DNA from: Octopus bimaculoides
Lineage: Eukaryota
Assembly: GCF_001194135.2 (NCBI RefSeq)
Contig: NC_069006.1
Location: 16,539,763 to 16,603,762 of the forward strand
Reading direction: 5' to 3'
DNA: 64,000 nt
Shown: in pieces, positions 14,474-29,194 of the stretch
How the letters are laid out: each line of letters opens with the position of its first letter
Position numbering within the stretch: the first letter of the stretch is position 1
The notes under the pieces: model-generated
The model's database searches: none
Seen by the model: only the letters and a program-made list of their open reading frames with translations
Told to the model about the DNA's origin: nothing
Translations under genes and position numbers: made by a program

Positions 14474-15048
14474 TATCTTTTAGTTGTTTCAATCATTAGA
14501 ATGTGGCCATGCCGGGGTACTGCCTTGGAGAATTTGAGTCGAATAAATCGACCCCGGTATGTCTTTTATTTTTTTCAAGTATTGGTACTTATCCTATCAG
14601 TCTCTTTTGTCAAGTTGCTAAGTTACAGGGATGTAAACACACCACCATCGGATGTCAAACACAAGGACACTCTCAATAGGTTTCTTTCAGTTTCCATCTA
14701 CTAAATCCATTCACAAAGCTTTGCTTGGTCCAAGGCTATTGTACAAGACACTTGCCCAAGGTGCCACACAATAGGACTGAATCCAAGACCATGAAGTTGG
14801 AAAGCAAGTTTCTTACCAAACAACCACACCTGCACATATGTATGTATGTGTGTATATATATATTAAATGTTCTGTTCATAGGTGGGATCAACGAAAAAAT
14901 GTTACTTCATCCTGCAAAAGTTAAATATCATTTAATATACACAGAACTTAAAATTGAGCTACTGCAAGTTTCAAGCTTGATTAGTATTTTAGTCAGGCAA
15001 GCTTATATAGCATGCCATGTATACATGTGAGTGTGTGTGTGTGTGCAT

Positions 15049-15133
<85 letters not shown>

Positions 15134-15994
15134 CATACATACATACACACACACACATACTTATTCAAACTCTGAATTAAACACTTCCCCTAATCCTATT
15201 AACCTAAAACTGAACCTTAACCCACTGGAAATCAACAATAAGAAGTAGTAAGGACACCTCCCTTAAATAATAGCCAACCAAGGAATGATACTGCATTAAG
15301 AAGTCCAAGATATACTGTGAACAAAAAATAAAATGAGATAGTCATGACTGGAATAGTTGGCTCATAGATCAGCTCAACCAGGGCTCACATGAAATGAAAG
15401 CAGGATGTGGTTCCTGCAAGGACCATAGGGCTAATATAACAATGATTTCTGATTTAGTCATAAGGTCCTCAGTTTTAAAGGGAGGGAGATTAGTTGGTGT
15501 CATCAACCCCAGTATTAGACTGGCACTTTATCTTATCAACCCCAAGAACCAGAACAACTATCAGAAAGCCTTTTTTTAATGCTCTAGTGATTCTGCAATA
15601 ATAATAATAAGAAGAAGAAGAAGAAGAGTGCAATGTGATTGTAATAGATTGTTCATTGGTTTGAATGATATTTTGACAGCTTGCCTGCCAAAATGTAAAA
15701 TGAAGAAATTCAAAAATATGAATGAGGGAATCCTGCATTCTCTCTACATGATAGTGCCGATTATCATTGGGTCCTTGGGGACAGTGTCAGAAGGAATCAA
15801 GAGGGATATAAAGGAAATCGGAATAGAGTGCCCAGTGGAACCATTACAAAAACGTTTTCCTTAGCACAGCCAAAATAATCAGGAAAGTATTAGAAAGATG
15901 AAGAGAACAGATAGCATGGTACCGTAGGCTGCAGGCAGCAAGCCTGCTATGCATGCAAGACTCCAGGAATTCCAACAAAACCTGAGTTGAAAAC

Positions 15995-16057
<63 letters not shown>

Positions 16058-18415
16058 CTTTCCAATTTTGGCACAAGGCCAGCAATTTTAGGTGGAGTGA
16101 GTTGGTTGATTACACCAACTGCAATACTTGACTGGTACTATATTTTATTGACATTGAAAAGATAAAAGGTAAAGTTGACCATGGTAAGATTTGAACTGAG
16201 AACTTGAAATACCACTAAGCATTTTGCCTAAAATTCTAATCCTAATAATAATAATTTCTAGTATAGACCCATGTTGATCAATAGAGAGAGTGAAATTAAA
16301 GCAAATTTCCGAGACATTGAAGGAAGGAAATGTGCCCTAACTAATGAAATGTCAAATTTGAATGGATGATAAAGCACTAAAAGAAATGCAGAAATTATCT
16401 GAATATAAAGATAGAAATCTGATATAAAGATGGAAATAGAATGTGAGGAACTGTCGACAGAAACAATCCCTAAAATAACAGGTTCTTTAGAAAAAAAGAG
16501 CGCGGAAGGCACATGCGACGAGGTCGTCCCAGCTGCGTGAGCAAAGGCGTGTAGGCGCACAGCAGCAACGACATCCCAGAAATTAGAAATATACATAGAC
16601 AATAGCACTTATAACATAGTATGCTCCAGGGTTTATACACATGCACAACAATTAAACATTGCACACATATTGCATAGGGTAACTCATGACATCCACAGAC
16701 ATGTTGCATAGTATACCCTTGGACTTATACATAACACAGAAAATAACAATTAGATACTGCACAAGTATTGCATGGGGTATGTTGGGACTTACACCAATAT
16801 ATAACACAGAATATAACAAAATAGATACAATATACACACATTAAATAGGGTACTGTGAATACAATACAAAAAAAACCCCAAGGTACATGGAACTGTGAAT
16901 GAAAATACACAATAACAACAAAATTACTGAACAATTTTGAATGTAGGTGCAAATCCAGCATTTCTTTTTTTTTTTTTTTAGGAGAGATTGAGTTAGTAAA
17001 TTTTATTGACCTCAAAAGGTTAAAAGGATTTGACAGGATTTGAACTCGGAATATAAAGAACCAGAAACCAACAGCAACAAAGGTAAGAAAACACAAATTT
17101 TAGGGGTTAGTGAGAACAGTCCATTAAGTTGACCCTGGATGGAATTAAAGGGTCTTGGATGTAACTACTGAAAAACATTATGTATTACCAATTAATAAAA
17201 AAAGAATACAAAAGAAAAACAAAAGAAAAAGAATGGGCCCAAATTTAACTCCATCTTNNNNNNNNNNNNNNNNNNNNNNNNNNNNNNNNNNNNNNNNNNN
17301 NNNNNNNNNNNNNNNNNNNNNNNNNNNNNNNNNNNNNNNNNNNNNNNNNNNNNNNNNNNNNNNNNNNNNNNNNNNNNNNNNNNNNNNNNNNNNNNNNNNN
17401 NNNNNNNNNNNNNNNNNNNNNNNNNNNNNNNNNNNNNNNNNNNNNNNNNNNNNNNNNNNNNNNNNNNNNNNNNNNNNNNNNNNNNNNNNNNNNNNNNNNN
17501 NNNNNNNNNNNNNNNNNNNNNNNNNNNNNNNNNNNNNNNNNNNNNNNNNNNNNNNNNNNNNNNNNNNNNNNNNNNNNNNNNNNNNNNNNNNNNNNNNNNN
17601 NNNNNNNNNNNNTGTGTTTAGGAGGGGAAATAAACAAGAGAATCTTGAGTACAAAAATTACCAAAAATAGTAAAAAATAAAGTAAATAAAATCAGATGAA
17701 AAAAAAAAAAAGGAAAAGAAAAAGAAGTTCGTTAAAGTAGTAGTTGTTCTTGTCGTCTCACCTGGTTTCCAGTCATGATTAAATGGTGAGCTGGGGGGTA
17801 AAAAAGACACTACTGCAATGGTAAATTGCTTCCTTCATTAACAGCAGAATGGACCAGAGCAGTGTAGTGTAGGCTACAGTACTACCACTGTATTGTAGAA
17901 CCCAGTATAGTAGTAGTAATGCTATATAGAGAAGTATGAAGGACCCATGAGAGGGTCTAGAAGTTGACATAAAACTATCCTGTGAAACTAGTTACAAATG
18001 ACTGTGCGTTACGAAAAAAGCATTGAGTTTAGTTACAACTACACTAGAGTCTGTTGTATAGGTGGTTGTGGTGATGGTGTGGTGGTAGTTGGAGGTTATG
18101 GCAATGGTAGCAGTAACAGTAATTTAGTTGTGGTGTGGCGAGGGTGATGTGAGAAACGTAGCAGTAGAATTAGTGGTGGAAAGCTTGTAGTGATAGTAGT
18201 AGTGGTGGTGGTGGTGGCAGTGGTGGTGGTGTTGGTTGTTACAATGGTATGGTGTGGCAGATGAGGTGGAAATAAAAGCAGCAGCAGCAGTAATGGTAGT
18301 GGTGGTGAGCTGGTGGCAGATTGTATGAGGGAGTGGTGTAGGGGTTGATGGCAGAAGATTATCTGTTTGACACACTGGCATATACATGCTGACATATACA
18401 TACATGCCCATATGT

Positions 18416-18447
<32 letters not shown>

Positions 18448-18457
18448 CAGTTTGTTT

Positions 18458-18491
<34 letters not shown>

Positions 18492-19471
18492 ATATATATC
18501 AATATATGTTTTTCTGTTCATTTTTTTTTCTTTTCATTTATTGTACATCTTTTCAATTATTAAGTAATGGAACGTAATGCACCCTGGTTTATATATATAT
18601 ATATTTATACATACATACATACACACACATATATACTCGTATAATACACAGTATCTAAAAATCCATAAACACACATGATCACAAACCGATGAAGGAACCT
18701 ATATGTGGTTGTTTGAACTACTAGAAATAGCAGCCAAATCTTCCTCAAATAATACGTTACTGTTAAGAAAAAAGAAAAGAGACAGTAAATGATTCAGTCC
18801 TAGATATTGTGAGATTGAAAACTGAAAAAGACTGGGTAGTTATTTCTGGAATGGCTCCTGATCATAAACTTGATGAATCAGAGTTGACCTAGGGCTAAAC
18901 AACAACATTTCATCAGTAATGAAAAGTTCAGCCTCAAGTTGATGAGAAACTAAATTGTGGTGGTGGTGGTGGTGGTGGTGATGGTAGTAGTAGCAGTGGT
19001 GTTGTGGGTGTGGTCGTCTTTAGCCCCAGGTCACTTCTGATCAAGCGGGCAGAAGATCAAAAGCATTCCAGTCTTGAGAATCTTGTCTTTGGTATATCTG
19101 GGATTAAATTAATTTGTCTTTTTCAGTAAGGGAGAGATATAAAGAAAAACATGACTGCTATTTCTATTAGGTTGAGGCTGATAGAATGTGGACCACATAG
19201 AACAGTGTTGGCAAATGATGTGGAGATTTGTTGAATCCTCCCATCTTCTTCTTATGCCATACCTCAGTGATTATGGACCTCCACCTGTTCCATACACACT
19301 TTAGCACATTATTAGGTTAGTCTTTCTGCTGCCAGTTTGTAAGGCCTTTGAATATCTTATCTCTCTCTCTCTTCCTGAGAAACCTTATTAAGTGATCACG
19401 GCTTTGTCTTTTCATATGATGTCCAATTAACTTGGCCTGTTGTTCCTTACTGCTTCACCATTTAAACCGGC

Positions 19472-19504
<33 letters not shown>

Positions 19505-21803
19505 ATAGCTTACACCTGCAGTACACTGATGACACTACAGCAAAAGTCTTCCTGATAAAGCTAAGTTCTGCAGCTGCCTTGCCACTCTTGTCCAACCAGC
19601 TCTTGATATTGGCCATGTATTGTGTCCTTTGCCTGCCTCTTGATCTACTGCCCTCTACTCTTCCTTCCACGAGAATGTTTTCCAAACCTCTGCTGCTTTG
19701 AATATGGTCATAATAGAGGAGCTTTTATTCTTTCATAATCTTCAGAGGTTTTCACCAACTTGTAACAGCCATTCATTTGTCCAATGAAGCCGGCCATATC
19801 TGGCCCAAATGGTCTACTATAATGTCAGTTCCAATCTCTCAGACCTACCTATACTGTCATTCTAAAAATAAACAATCACATCCTCAAAATCTCGAAGCTA
19901 CAAGATAAAGCATGTTTAATCCAAAACAATGTGAATAACTACACATTTCATTTGACAAAGTAATCTGAATGCTAAGGGATGAAGTTGTTAAGAAGTTTTC
20001 CCGTGATTTCTGCTTGTCTAAAGACTTTGATGCTTGTCACTATTTCTGTAAAATACCTTCAGCAATTCATCTAAGGGAACACAACACTGCAGAATTCATA
20101 AGCTTTTGCATGGGTTCTCCTAAATCACACAACCCTATTTAAGGATGTATGCTTCTAGGACTTTTTTCCACTCTCAGATTGAAAGATGTTTATTTGCCAA
20201 AATTTGTTTGTTCTCACCAAAAGCATCCTTTCTACACTTGGGTCAGACACAACACTACTGATACATGTTCTGGAGATGTTGCTAAACTATGCTGCACAAT
20301 ACGGTTGTGAGTTAGATAAAAACACTGTTGCCATGTCCTGTAGACAGCAGAGTGAGAGAAATGTGCAATTGAAAAAAGTTGCAGCTCAGAGTTTTTCATT
20401 TAAAGAACATGTGTGCGTGTGCAGTTAGAAAGTTCAGTAGCAGGATACAAGCTGAGAAGTGGGCCCCAAGATCTTTAATGTAAAAAGCCTCAAAGGTTAA
20501 GGTTCATTGCAGAGGGCATAGATGAAATAGGAAGTCACAAGCTAAGGGCTGGTTCCTGGTGGTTGTAACATCAAAAACCTCAGAAAGTTAAAGGTCAACA
20601 TAGGGGGGTATAGACGACAGGCATATCTGTCATAGCAGTAGTTGACTGATAAAAGAATGGACACAAATGGACCCAGTGTCAATGGTGAACTCAGGAGAAG
20701 AGGAGACATTAGAAGCATTTAGAAATTAATTCCCACAAAAAGCTGTAGAGATGGTAAGAATGGTAGTAGGAGTGTTAGAGGTGGTGGTGATGGTGAAGGT
20801 AGTAGTGGTGATGAGGAAGGTAATGATAGTGGAGGCAGTAGTAGTGATAGTGGTGAGAGTGATTATGGCGGTGGAGGTGGTGGTGTTGGAGACGACAGTC
20901 ATGGTGGAAATGGAGGTGATGTTGGCTGTTGTTATGTGTAAGTCAGAGTCCACCAGTCATTCTTACTGTTCACTCAGGTGATAAACTGAACCACTGACTA
21001 ACTTAATCTCTGTCATCAGCTCTCTCTCTCTCTCTCTCTCTCTATTATACATGTGTGTGTATATATAAATACATACATACATACACACATATATGCATCC
21101 ACATATAAATATATACACACACATGTACATATATATATANNNNNNNNNNNNNNNNNNNNNNNNNNNNNNNNNNNNNNNNNNNNNNNNNNNNNNNNNNNNN
21201 NNNNNNNNNNNNNNNNNNNNNNNNNNNNNNNNNNNNNNNNNNNNNNNNNNNNNNNNNNNNNNNNNNNNNNNNNNNNNNNNNNNNNNNNNNNNNNNNNNNN
21301 NNNNNNNNNNNNNNNNNNNNNNNNNNNNNNNNNNNNNNNNNNNNNNNNNNNNNNNNNNNNNNNNNNNNNNNNNNNNNNNNNNNNNNNNNNNNNNNNNNNN
21401 NNNNNNNNNNNNNNNNNNNNNNNNNNNNNNNNNNNNNNNNNNNNNNNNNNNNNNNNNNNNNNNNNNNNNNNNNNNNNNNNNNNNNNNNNNNNNNNNNNNN
21501 NNNNNNNNNNNNNNNNNNNNNNNNNNNNNNNNNNNNNNNNNNNNNNNNNNNNNNNNNNNNNNNNNNNNNNNNNNNNNNNNNNNNNNNNNNNNNNNNNNNN
21601 NNNNNNNNNNNNNNNNNNNNNNNNNNNNNNNNNNNNNNNNNNNNNNNNNNNNNNNNNNNNNNNNNNNNNNNNNNNNNNNNNNNNNNNNNNNNNNNNNNNN
21701 NNNNNNNNNNNNNNNNNNNNNNNNNNNNNNNNNNNNNNNNNNNNNNNNNNNNNNNNNNNNNNNNNNNNNNNNNNNNNNNNNNNNNNNNNNNNNNNNNNNN
21801 NNN

Positions 21804-21850
<47 letters not shown>

Positions 21851-22676
21851 AATATAAGCATATACACACACATATATATTTATACACATATATACATAGT
21901 GTTTGTGCTAATTTTGATGATTTTTTTTTTGTGTCTCCTTTTTTCAGGAACAGCTTGATGTATCAGTGAACAGACCAATGGCATTGGAGAGAATACAGAT
22001 TAAAGTTGTAGGACTGGAAGCTATCTGAACATTGGAAAAGAGTGAACGAGTGAACACTGTAAAAGCTGGAAGAGGTAACATGGAGAGTTGCAGCAGAAAC
22101 TATGAAGCCGTACCTAGCAGGAAAGGACACAGCAGGTATTCTGACTGTGTCCACACCACCAGAAAGAATCCACCCAACAACTGATGAACAGTGTTGTAGG
22201 TTCAATTCAGACAGTTATGTGAAACTGCTGGAGACTGTGGCCAAACTCTGGCAGAAAGGCCATATGTAGAGCAGCAGGATTCCGTTCCTTGCCATACCTC
22301 CAGAAAGAGTCAGAAATAGTTGTTAGAGAATTTCTACAGCTTCAGCAGCCCCTATTTCTGGCCTCCTAATTCCCTCATTTCTAAGTCTATGGAGACACCA
22401 GTTGCTCTAACTGCAACACTAAGGCTGAGTTGGTGGACAAGATCAAGGAAGATCTTCTCGGGGACACAGTAAGAAATACATGCATCACTTTCTGGAGCTG
22501 TCTTGAGGCCACAGCGGAAGCCGAGGGTGGCTACTCTAAGTAAACTGCTATCTCCTAGCCATAATCATTGTAACTATTCTTTATCTTTTAAAATACATTT
22601 TATTTTTGGAAACGACAATGTGTTTTCTTTTCATTTTATGCAAACTGTCAAAATTAGCTAATATAGAAACATACAC

Positions 22677-22717
<41 letters not shown>

Positions 22718-22833
22718 TGGGTGCAGATTGCATCGATAACCAGCTGAAGGGGGCATCCTCCTGGGGTTAAAAACAGGAGTAACATTGGTTCCTATGGAAC
22801 AGCCTTGTTGAGGTGGCGATAAACATTACTTCT

Positions 22834-22908
<75 letters not shown>

Positions 22909-25900
22909 TATAAACATATATATATATACAGCCATACATACACAATATTTGTCTTTCTATACATATCTGTCTTTTTCTCCTTTCAGGTTATAACTTGGCA
23001 AAATAATATCAGTTCAATTCACCAACACTGTTCACTAGACATTGTCAACAAGAATGGTGTTGGTGGCAATGATGGGGTTGATGTTGGTGACAGCAATGAT
23101 GGTGATGATGGTCACTTGTTTGTAAAAGGTAATTCTACAGAGCTAAGATATCTGATCTAGAAATTTAATTTTGCAAAATCATCGTCCCCTCCCCTCTCTC
23201 CCACACTGCCTCCTGAACTAACAAACGTGTAACTGTGAATCCACTCTGTTATCTGATCAAAACACACTGACACACAGATACAACATTGACTTTCCAGACA
23301 GTGTCAGACCAGAATCTCTTATCAGGGGGAATTGTAAAATTCCTGACGTTGGGTAAAAGAAAATACAGGGAGGATCAGTTAATTAGGATTTTATTCAACA
23401 TATTCTCCTCACACATTCACTCACTCATTGCAGTGGTCCTTCAGTTTTTCTAAGCCCAGTAAAAGAACCTGGAAGGTTGGGCCTCCAACCAGGCCTTTTG
23501 TAATACCCTTAAAGGAACTTTTCAGCACCCCCTTGTATAATCTGCACTAATTTACACTAATGTACAGGTACCGGTATTTCATTTAATTATTTAAGTAAAT
23601 TTAATATTTGTTTAATTTAAAGTATGTTGAGCGAGATCGTTGCCAGTGCCCCTGGACTGGCTTGTGCAGATGGCACATAAAAGACACCATTTTGAGCGTG
23701 GCCGTTTTCGTGCGGGTGACACGTAAAAGCACCCACTACACTCTCTGAGTGGTTGGCGTTAGGAAGGGCATCCAGCTGTAGAAACTCTGCCAAATTAGAT
23801 TGGAGCCTGGTGTTGCCATCCGGTTTCACCAGTCCTCAGTCAAATCGTCCAACCCATGCTAGCATGGAAAGCGGACGTTAAACGATGATGATGATGATGA
23901 TGATGATGACCAAGGTGACCACCTCTGGTTTGATAAAAAAATCAGTAATCTGGAAAGGTTCTGGAATATCAATATCATATCTATATATCATGATGTTGCC
24001 TATAAAGATAGGTATAGACATGTTCCAGAAAACAGCAATAACAGAGACTTTAAATATTAACTATTGAATTAAGGAGATTATGGTAACTATCACAATCTCA
24101 TGAATTTGATGATCAACAAAAGGTACAGGCATAACTGTGTGGTTGAGAAGCTTGCTTTCTAATCACATGGTCCTGTCTTCTACTATAGCCTCAGGCTGAC
24201 CAAAGCTTTGTGAGTAGATTTGGTAGATGGAAACTGAAAGAAGCCCATGGTATGTATATATATTTATGTGTGTCTTTGCGTCAGTGTTTGTTCCCCACCA
24301 CTGCTTGACAACCGGTGTTGGTGTGTTTATGTCCCTGTAACTTAGCAGTTTGGCAAAAGAGACCAATAGGATAAGTACCAGGTTTTAAAAAAATAATAAG
24401 TAACACACACATGGTGTACAAAGAGTATATTGTTACTTATACTATAGCAAAGTTTGTAGGTATATAGTGTAGTAAAGTTATCTACTCATATTACAGATAT
24501 GGCTATGGGCTTATTAAAGATAGTTTAGCATATATGCTCTTGAAGTTGATTGACGTGTGTGTGTGTGTGTGTGTGTGTGTTTGTAAAGACTAGTCACTTA
24601 AAAATTATGAGGTCCCACTGTATGACATCTTGAGCAAGTGCCTTTTAAACAAGGATTCTGATTGATCTAAGCTTTGTTGGTGAAACAGGGTCAAGGGAAA
24701 CTGTGCAGAAGCCTGCCACATAGACTCTAACTGTAATCTGAAGGGTTAGACCAGTCACATACTGTGTCATGCTGATTCTGTGTGAGAATTATACAAAGGG
24801 TATGTATGTCTGTGGGATACACAGCTGCTTATGTTAGAAAACAAGAGGGAGGATGTCTGTAATTCAAAGAACTAACCTTGTCACACAATGAGTGCTTCTG
24901 AGGATTATATTATGCCATGTTTCTGTGGAATACTGAGTTATTTACATGTTAATACAATGAGAAGGGATTCCAGTTGACTGAACTACTGCAATAGTCATCT
25001 GTGAAGCCAATGGAAGATCACTTAGTGTGAAGAGTCTCAGAGGTGTTTGTGTGTGTGTGTGGGGGGGGAGAGAGAGAGAGAAAAGAATTACAGAATTACC
25101 ATAGACAAACATGCAATTCATGTGTATGTTTGTGTATGGTGTGTGTATATCTATGTGTGGGGAAAATTTTAGTTAGGTTAGGTAAGTATGTGTGCATGTA
25201 TGTATGTGTGTACGTATACAAACAAATGTGACATGTAAATTGACAGTAATCTCCAGATTTACCAAATTCACCAAGCTGTGAGAGAGAGAGAGGGGGGAGA
25301 GAGAGAGAAAGAGAAAAAAAGAGAGGGAGAGAGAGAGAAGAAAAGAGAGAGAGAAAGAAAAAGAGAGAAAGGATAAGAGAGATTTTAAGATCACAGTTCT
25401 ACTCTTTTATATTCTAAAGTGCTACTCTTTTGTATTCTAATCACAGAGCAATCATTAATTAGCTCTGTGAGAAATTAGTTTTAACCAACAGTTTCCTGTT
25501 AGCTAATTTCAATGAAAATGAACAACCAAGACAACCAAATGTTCAACCAATGACACTTTTGGTGACAATGTGTGAGACAATGATAGAAGATAAAATCCAA
25601 AATCAAAGAATAATTGTCCACCTAGCTATTGCGTCAATGAAGGCCTTATCTCTCTTTCTCTATCCGACCTTACCTTCCTCTCCTTGATGTCATAGTACAT
25701 AGGTTTATATTTGGCTAAAGAGAAGCATGAATGGAATCAGCTGAGCCATGTTATGTTAAGATACAAGTGTGTAGGTGGGTGGTATTAAGCAGAATGAAAG
25801 AGAGTCTCTTAACCCTCCACCGAGCTGAGTAAATAATTCCATAATAAAGATAACCAAATTAATTGGTGTGTTTGAAACATAACAGAGAGGCTTTCCCATG

Positions 25901-28900
25901 AAATTTTGATGGAAGATTTTAATTTGAATATGAATATTTTACAAAGGGGAACTGTTGCTTCATAAAACTAGAGGAGGTGGTGGTCTCAGGTGGGTTGGTA
26001 TGACAAGAGGTACTGAGAGACTCTGTGTGTTGGCACTCCGTCGCTTACGACGTCGAGGGTTCCAGTTGATCCGATCAACGGAACAGCCTGCTCGTGAAAT
26101 TAATGTGCAAGTGGCTGAGCACTCCACAGACACGTGTACCCTTAACGTAGTTCTCGGGGATATTCAGCGTGACACAGTGTGACAAGGCTGACCCTTTGAA
26201 TTACAGGCACAACAGAAACAGGAAGTAAGAGTGAGAGAAAGTTGTGGTGAAAGAGTACAGCAGGGTTCACCACCACCCCCTGCTGGAGCCTCGTGGAGCT
26301 TTAGGTGTTTTTGCACAATAAACACTCACAACGCCCGGTCTGGGAATCGAAACCGTGATCCTATGACCGTGAGTCTGCTGCCCTAACCATTGGGCCATTG
26401 CGCCTCCACTGAGAGACTGTATAACAGTGTGAATAAACTTATGTGATGAAAATAGTAAGAGTCTGTTAACATTGGCAATAATGGTAGTTGATAGTAAATC
26501 TAGGAGTGTTTGTTGGATGGGAATAAGTTAAAAGGAGGTGACTGAGATGAAAGGAGTGGGAAAAGCTGATATTATTAGGTAATGTAGTGTTTAACCCTTT
26601 CGTTACCATATTTATTTTGAGATGCTCTGCGTTTCTTTCACTTAATTTTAAATATTATAAAGAATTTAGTAAAATAACTTAGTTATCATTAAGCTAGTGT
26701 TAGGAACATAAATTGTGACTAAGGTTTGGTGGAAGATTTTAATTCGAAACTTATGAAAACAAGACATTTGTACAACAGAGCTGGAGGCAGTTTCAGCCGG
26801 GTTGGTAACGAAAGGGTTAAGTAATGAGTACATGTTACTTGGGCACTCAGAGTAAACATCACTCATTTTGATACATGACCGAAAGGTTATCTTTAGTCTA
26901 CAAAACATGATGCTATAACAAAATGTATTTTGCACACTGTAAAGTTCACTCAGCTAGCCAAAGTGAGTTATACCTGTAATTCAAAGGGCCAGCTATGTCA
27001 CATTCTGGGTCATGCTGAATCTACCTGAGAACTATGTTAAGAGTGGACATGTCTGTGGAATGCTCAACCACTTGCATGGTAATTTCATGAGCAGGCTGTT
27101 CCATTGATGGAATCAACTGGAACTGAAGGTGTTGTAACTGACAGAATGCCAGTAGAGAAAAATGGCTTAATCTTTGCTGAAGGTATAACTTCTCTAGTGC
27201 TGGTGTCATGATAAGTACAATGCAATCAATACACTTTGTAAAGTGAATGGTATGTGTGTTTGTATCTTTTACTGGTGTATATCAGTGAATGACAAGAAAA
27301 TTGAAGAATAAAAGATAAAATAAAACCAGTGCCCAAAGAGCTCAAAGTTGTCTTGTGATATTTATTCTGTACCAAGGTACAGATACTCCCTTGTCATTCT
27401 CATTATTACATATGATATGAAGAGAACCAGTGATTGAATCCTGTTGGAAACTCTTAACTGACAGTGGTATTGTTCATCAACATTGATATAAAAAGGAAGG
27501 AAAATCATCCAATACTTTGAACCACACTTATTCTCAAGCACCAAACACAAGACAGTAAACACACTCATTTGTACACACACACGCATGCAGGTGCATACAC
27601 ACACACATTCAGAGCTTCCATTCATTGATTTCCAGTCACAAGAATTAGTCTATTCAACCATGTAGTTGAAGAGTCTTGTGCAGTGCAGTGGGATAGAACC
27701 CAGAACAAAGGTGTTGTGAAGTAAAGTTATGAACAACAGACATGACAATGCAACATGGCTGTGAATAAAAATGTAAACAGCATTTGTTCATTCATGTGAG
27801 GCTGAGGATTCACTGTCACTACTCTGAGTTTTCCTTGACTCACAAACACTGGAGTAGTGAAGAAGTATAGCCTCAGCGTCAAATATGTGTGTATACACAC
27901 ACACGCACATACATACACACATTAGGGGGAGAGAGAGAGAGAGGAAGAAGGACACATAAACAGGTAAGCAGACAGATTGACTGAGCTAGCAGTACAAAGT
28001 TAAAACTAACAATGGCATAAACAATATTGTGTGAGTTTTAGAAACTCACAAATGGACACAAATGGAGCTTACACTATTGGCTTGTTCCAAGGAATACTTA
28101 AGAGCCTGGAATTCTTCCTTTTCCCTCTGTATCTTTTCTCTGAGAGATCTCTCTTCACGACACTCTTGCTGGGACATGTTTAGTTCACTGTCAAACCTAG
28201 ATAGAGGAAGAAACATACACACATATATATAAATATACAAGAGTAAAAAATTGCACAGAAGGATGATAAAGGAACCCATGGAAAAATCACATACAAGACA
28301 AGGACGCACTTATCCCTTATAAGTTGCGGGTGGCACATAAAATACACCATTTTGAGCGTGACCGTTGCCAGTACCGCCTGACTGGCCTTCGTGCGGGTGA
28401 CACGTAAAAGCACCCACTACACTCGCTGAGTGGTTGGCGTTAGGAAGGGCATCCAGCTGTAGAAACTCTGCCAAATCAGATTGGAGGCTGGTGTCGCCAT
28501 CCGGTTTCACCAGTCCTCAGTCAAATCGTCCAACCCATGCTAGCATGGAAAGCGGACGTTAAACGATGATGGTGATGATGATATATATATATATATCATA
28601 TAAAATAATATATAATTATATGCATACATACATATATGTACATACCTACATATATATGTATATATACGTGTATATATGGGTACAGGACATCAAAAAAAAC
28701 GTGGACACAATGAGGAATGAAAACATAAAAACAAAAACATAGAAAACCAACTTTTTTTCGAACAACGAAAAAAACAGAGAACCAAGACATGCAACATAAA
28801 GAACATTCTCTTCGTCTGTTGTCCCTGTTTCATAGATAATATATATATATACACACACATACACACACACAACACAAGAAAACAGAAATGTTTGGATATT

Positions 28901-29159
28901 ATTCATTCTCCTTTACATGTGTTTCATTTTCTAATAGGAATTACAAAGATGTTAGAGAGACATGTAAGGAATTTTCTATTAGAAAAATCATCAGACAGAG
29001 AAAATTAGATATTATAAAAAGCTTTCTCTGTCTGATGGATTTCAATTAGTAAATTCCTTACATGTCTGTCTAACATCTTTGTAATTCCTATTAGAAAATG
29101 AAACATGTGTAATGGAGAATAAATAATACGAAAAAAAAAAATCCATTTTTCTGTTTTGT

Positions 29160-29194
<35 letters not shown>

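Noticed and set aside
25674-25714. 41-nt exon-like segment (ttctctttag|CCAAATAT...GGAAG|gtaagg; [14 protein letters not shown])
   Set aside because: The splice sites look good, but its phases do not fit the phase-0 neighbours and it is not coiled-coil-like. Probably chance, though a transcript check would be cheap.
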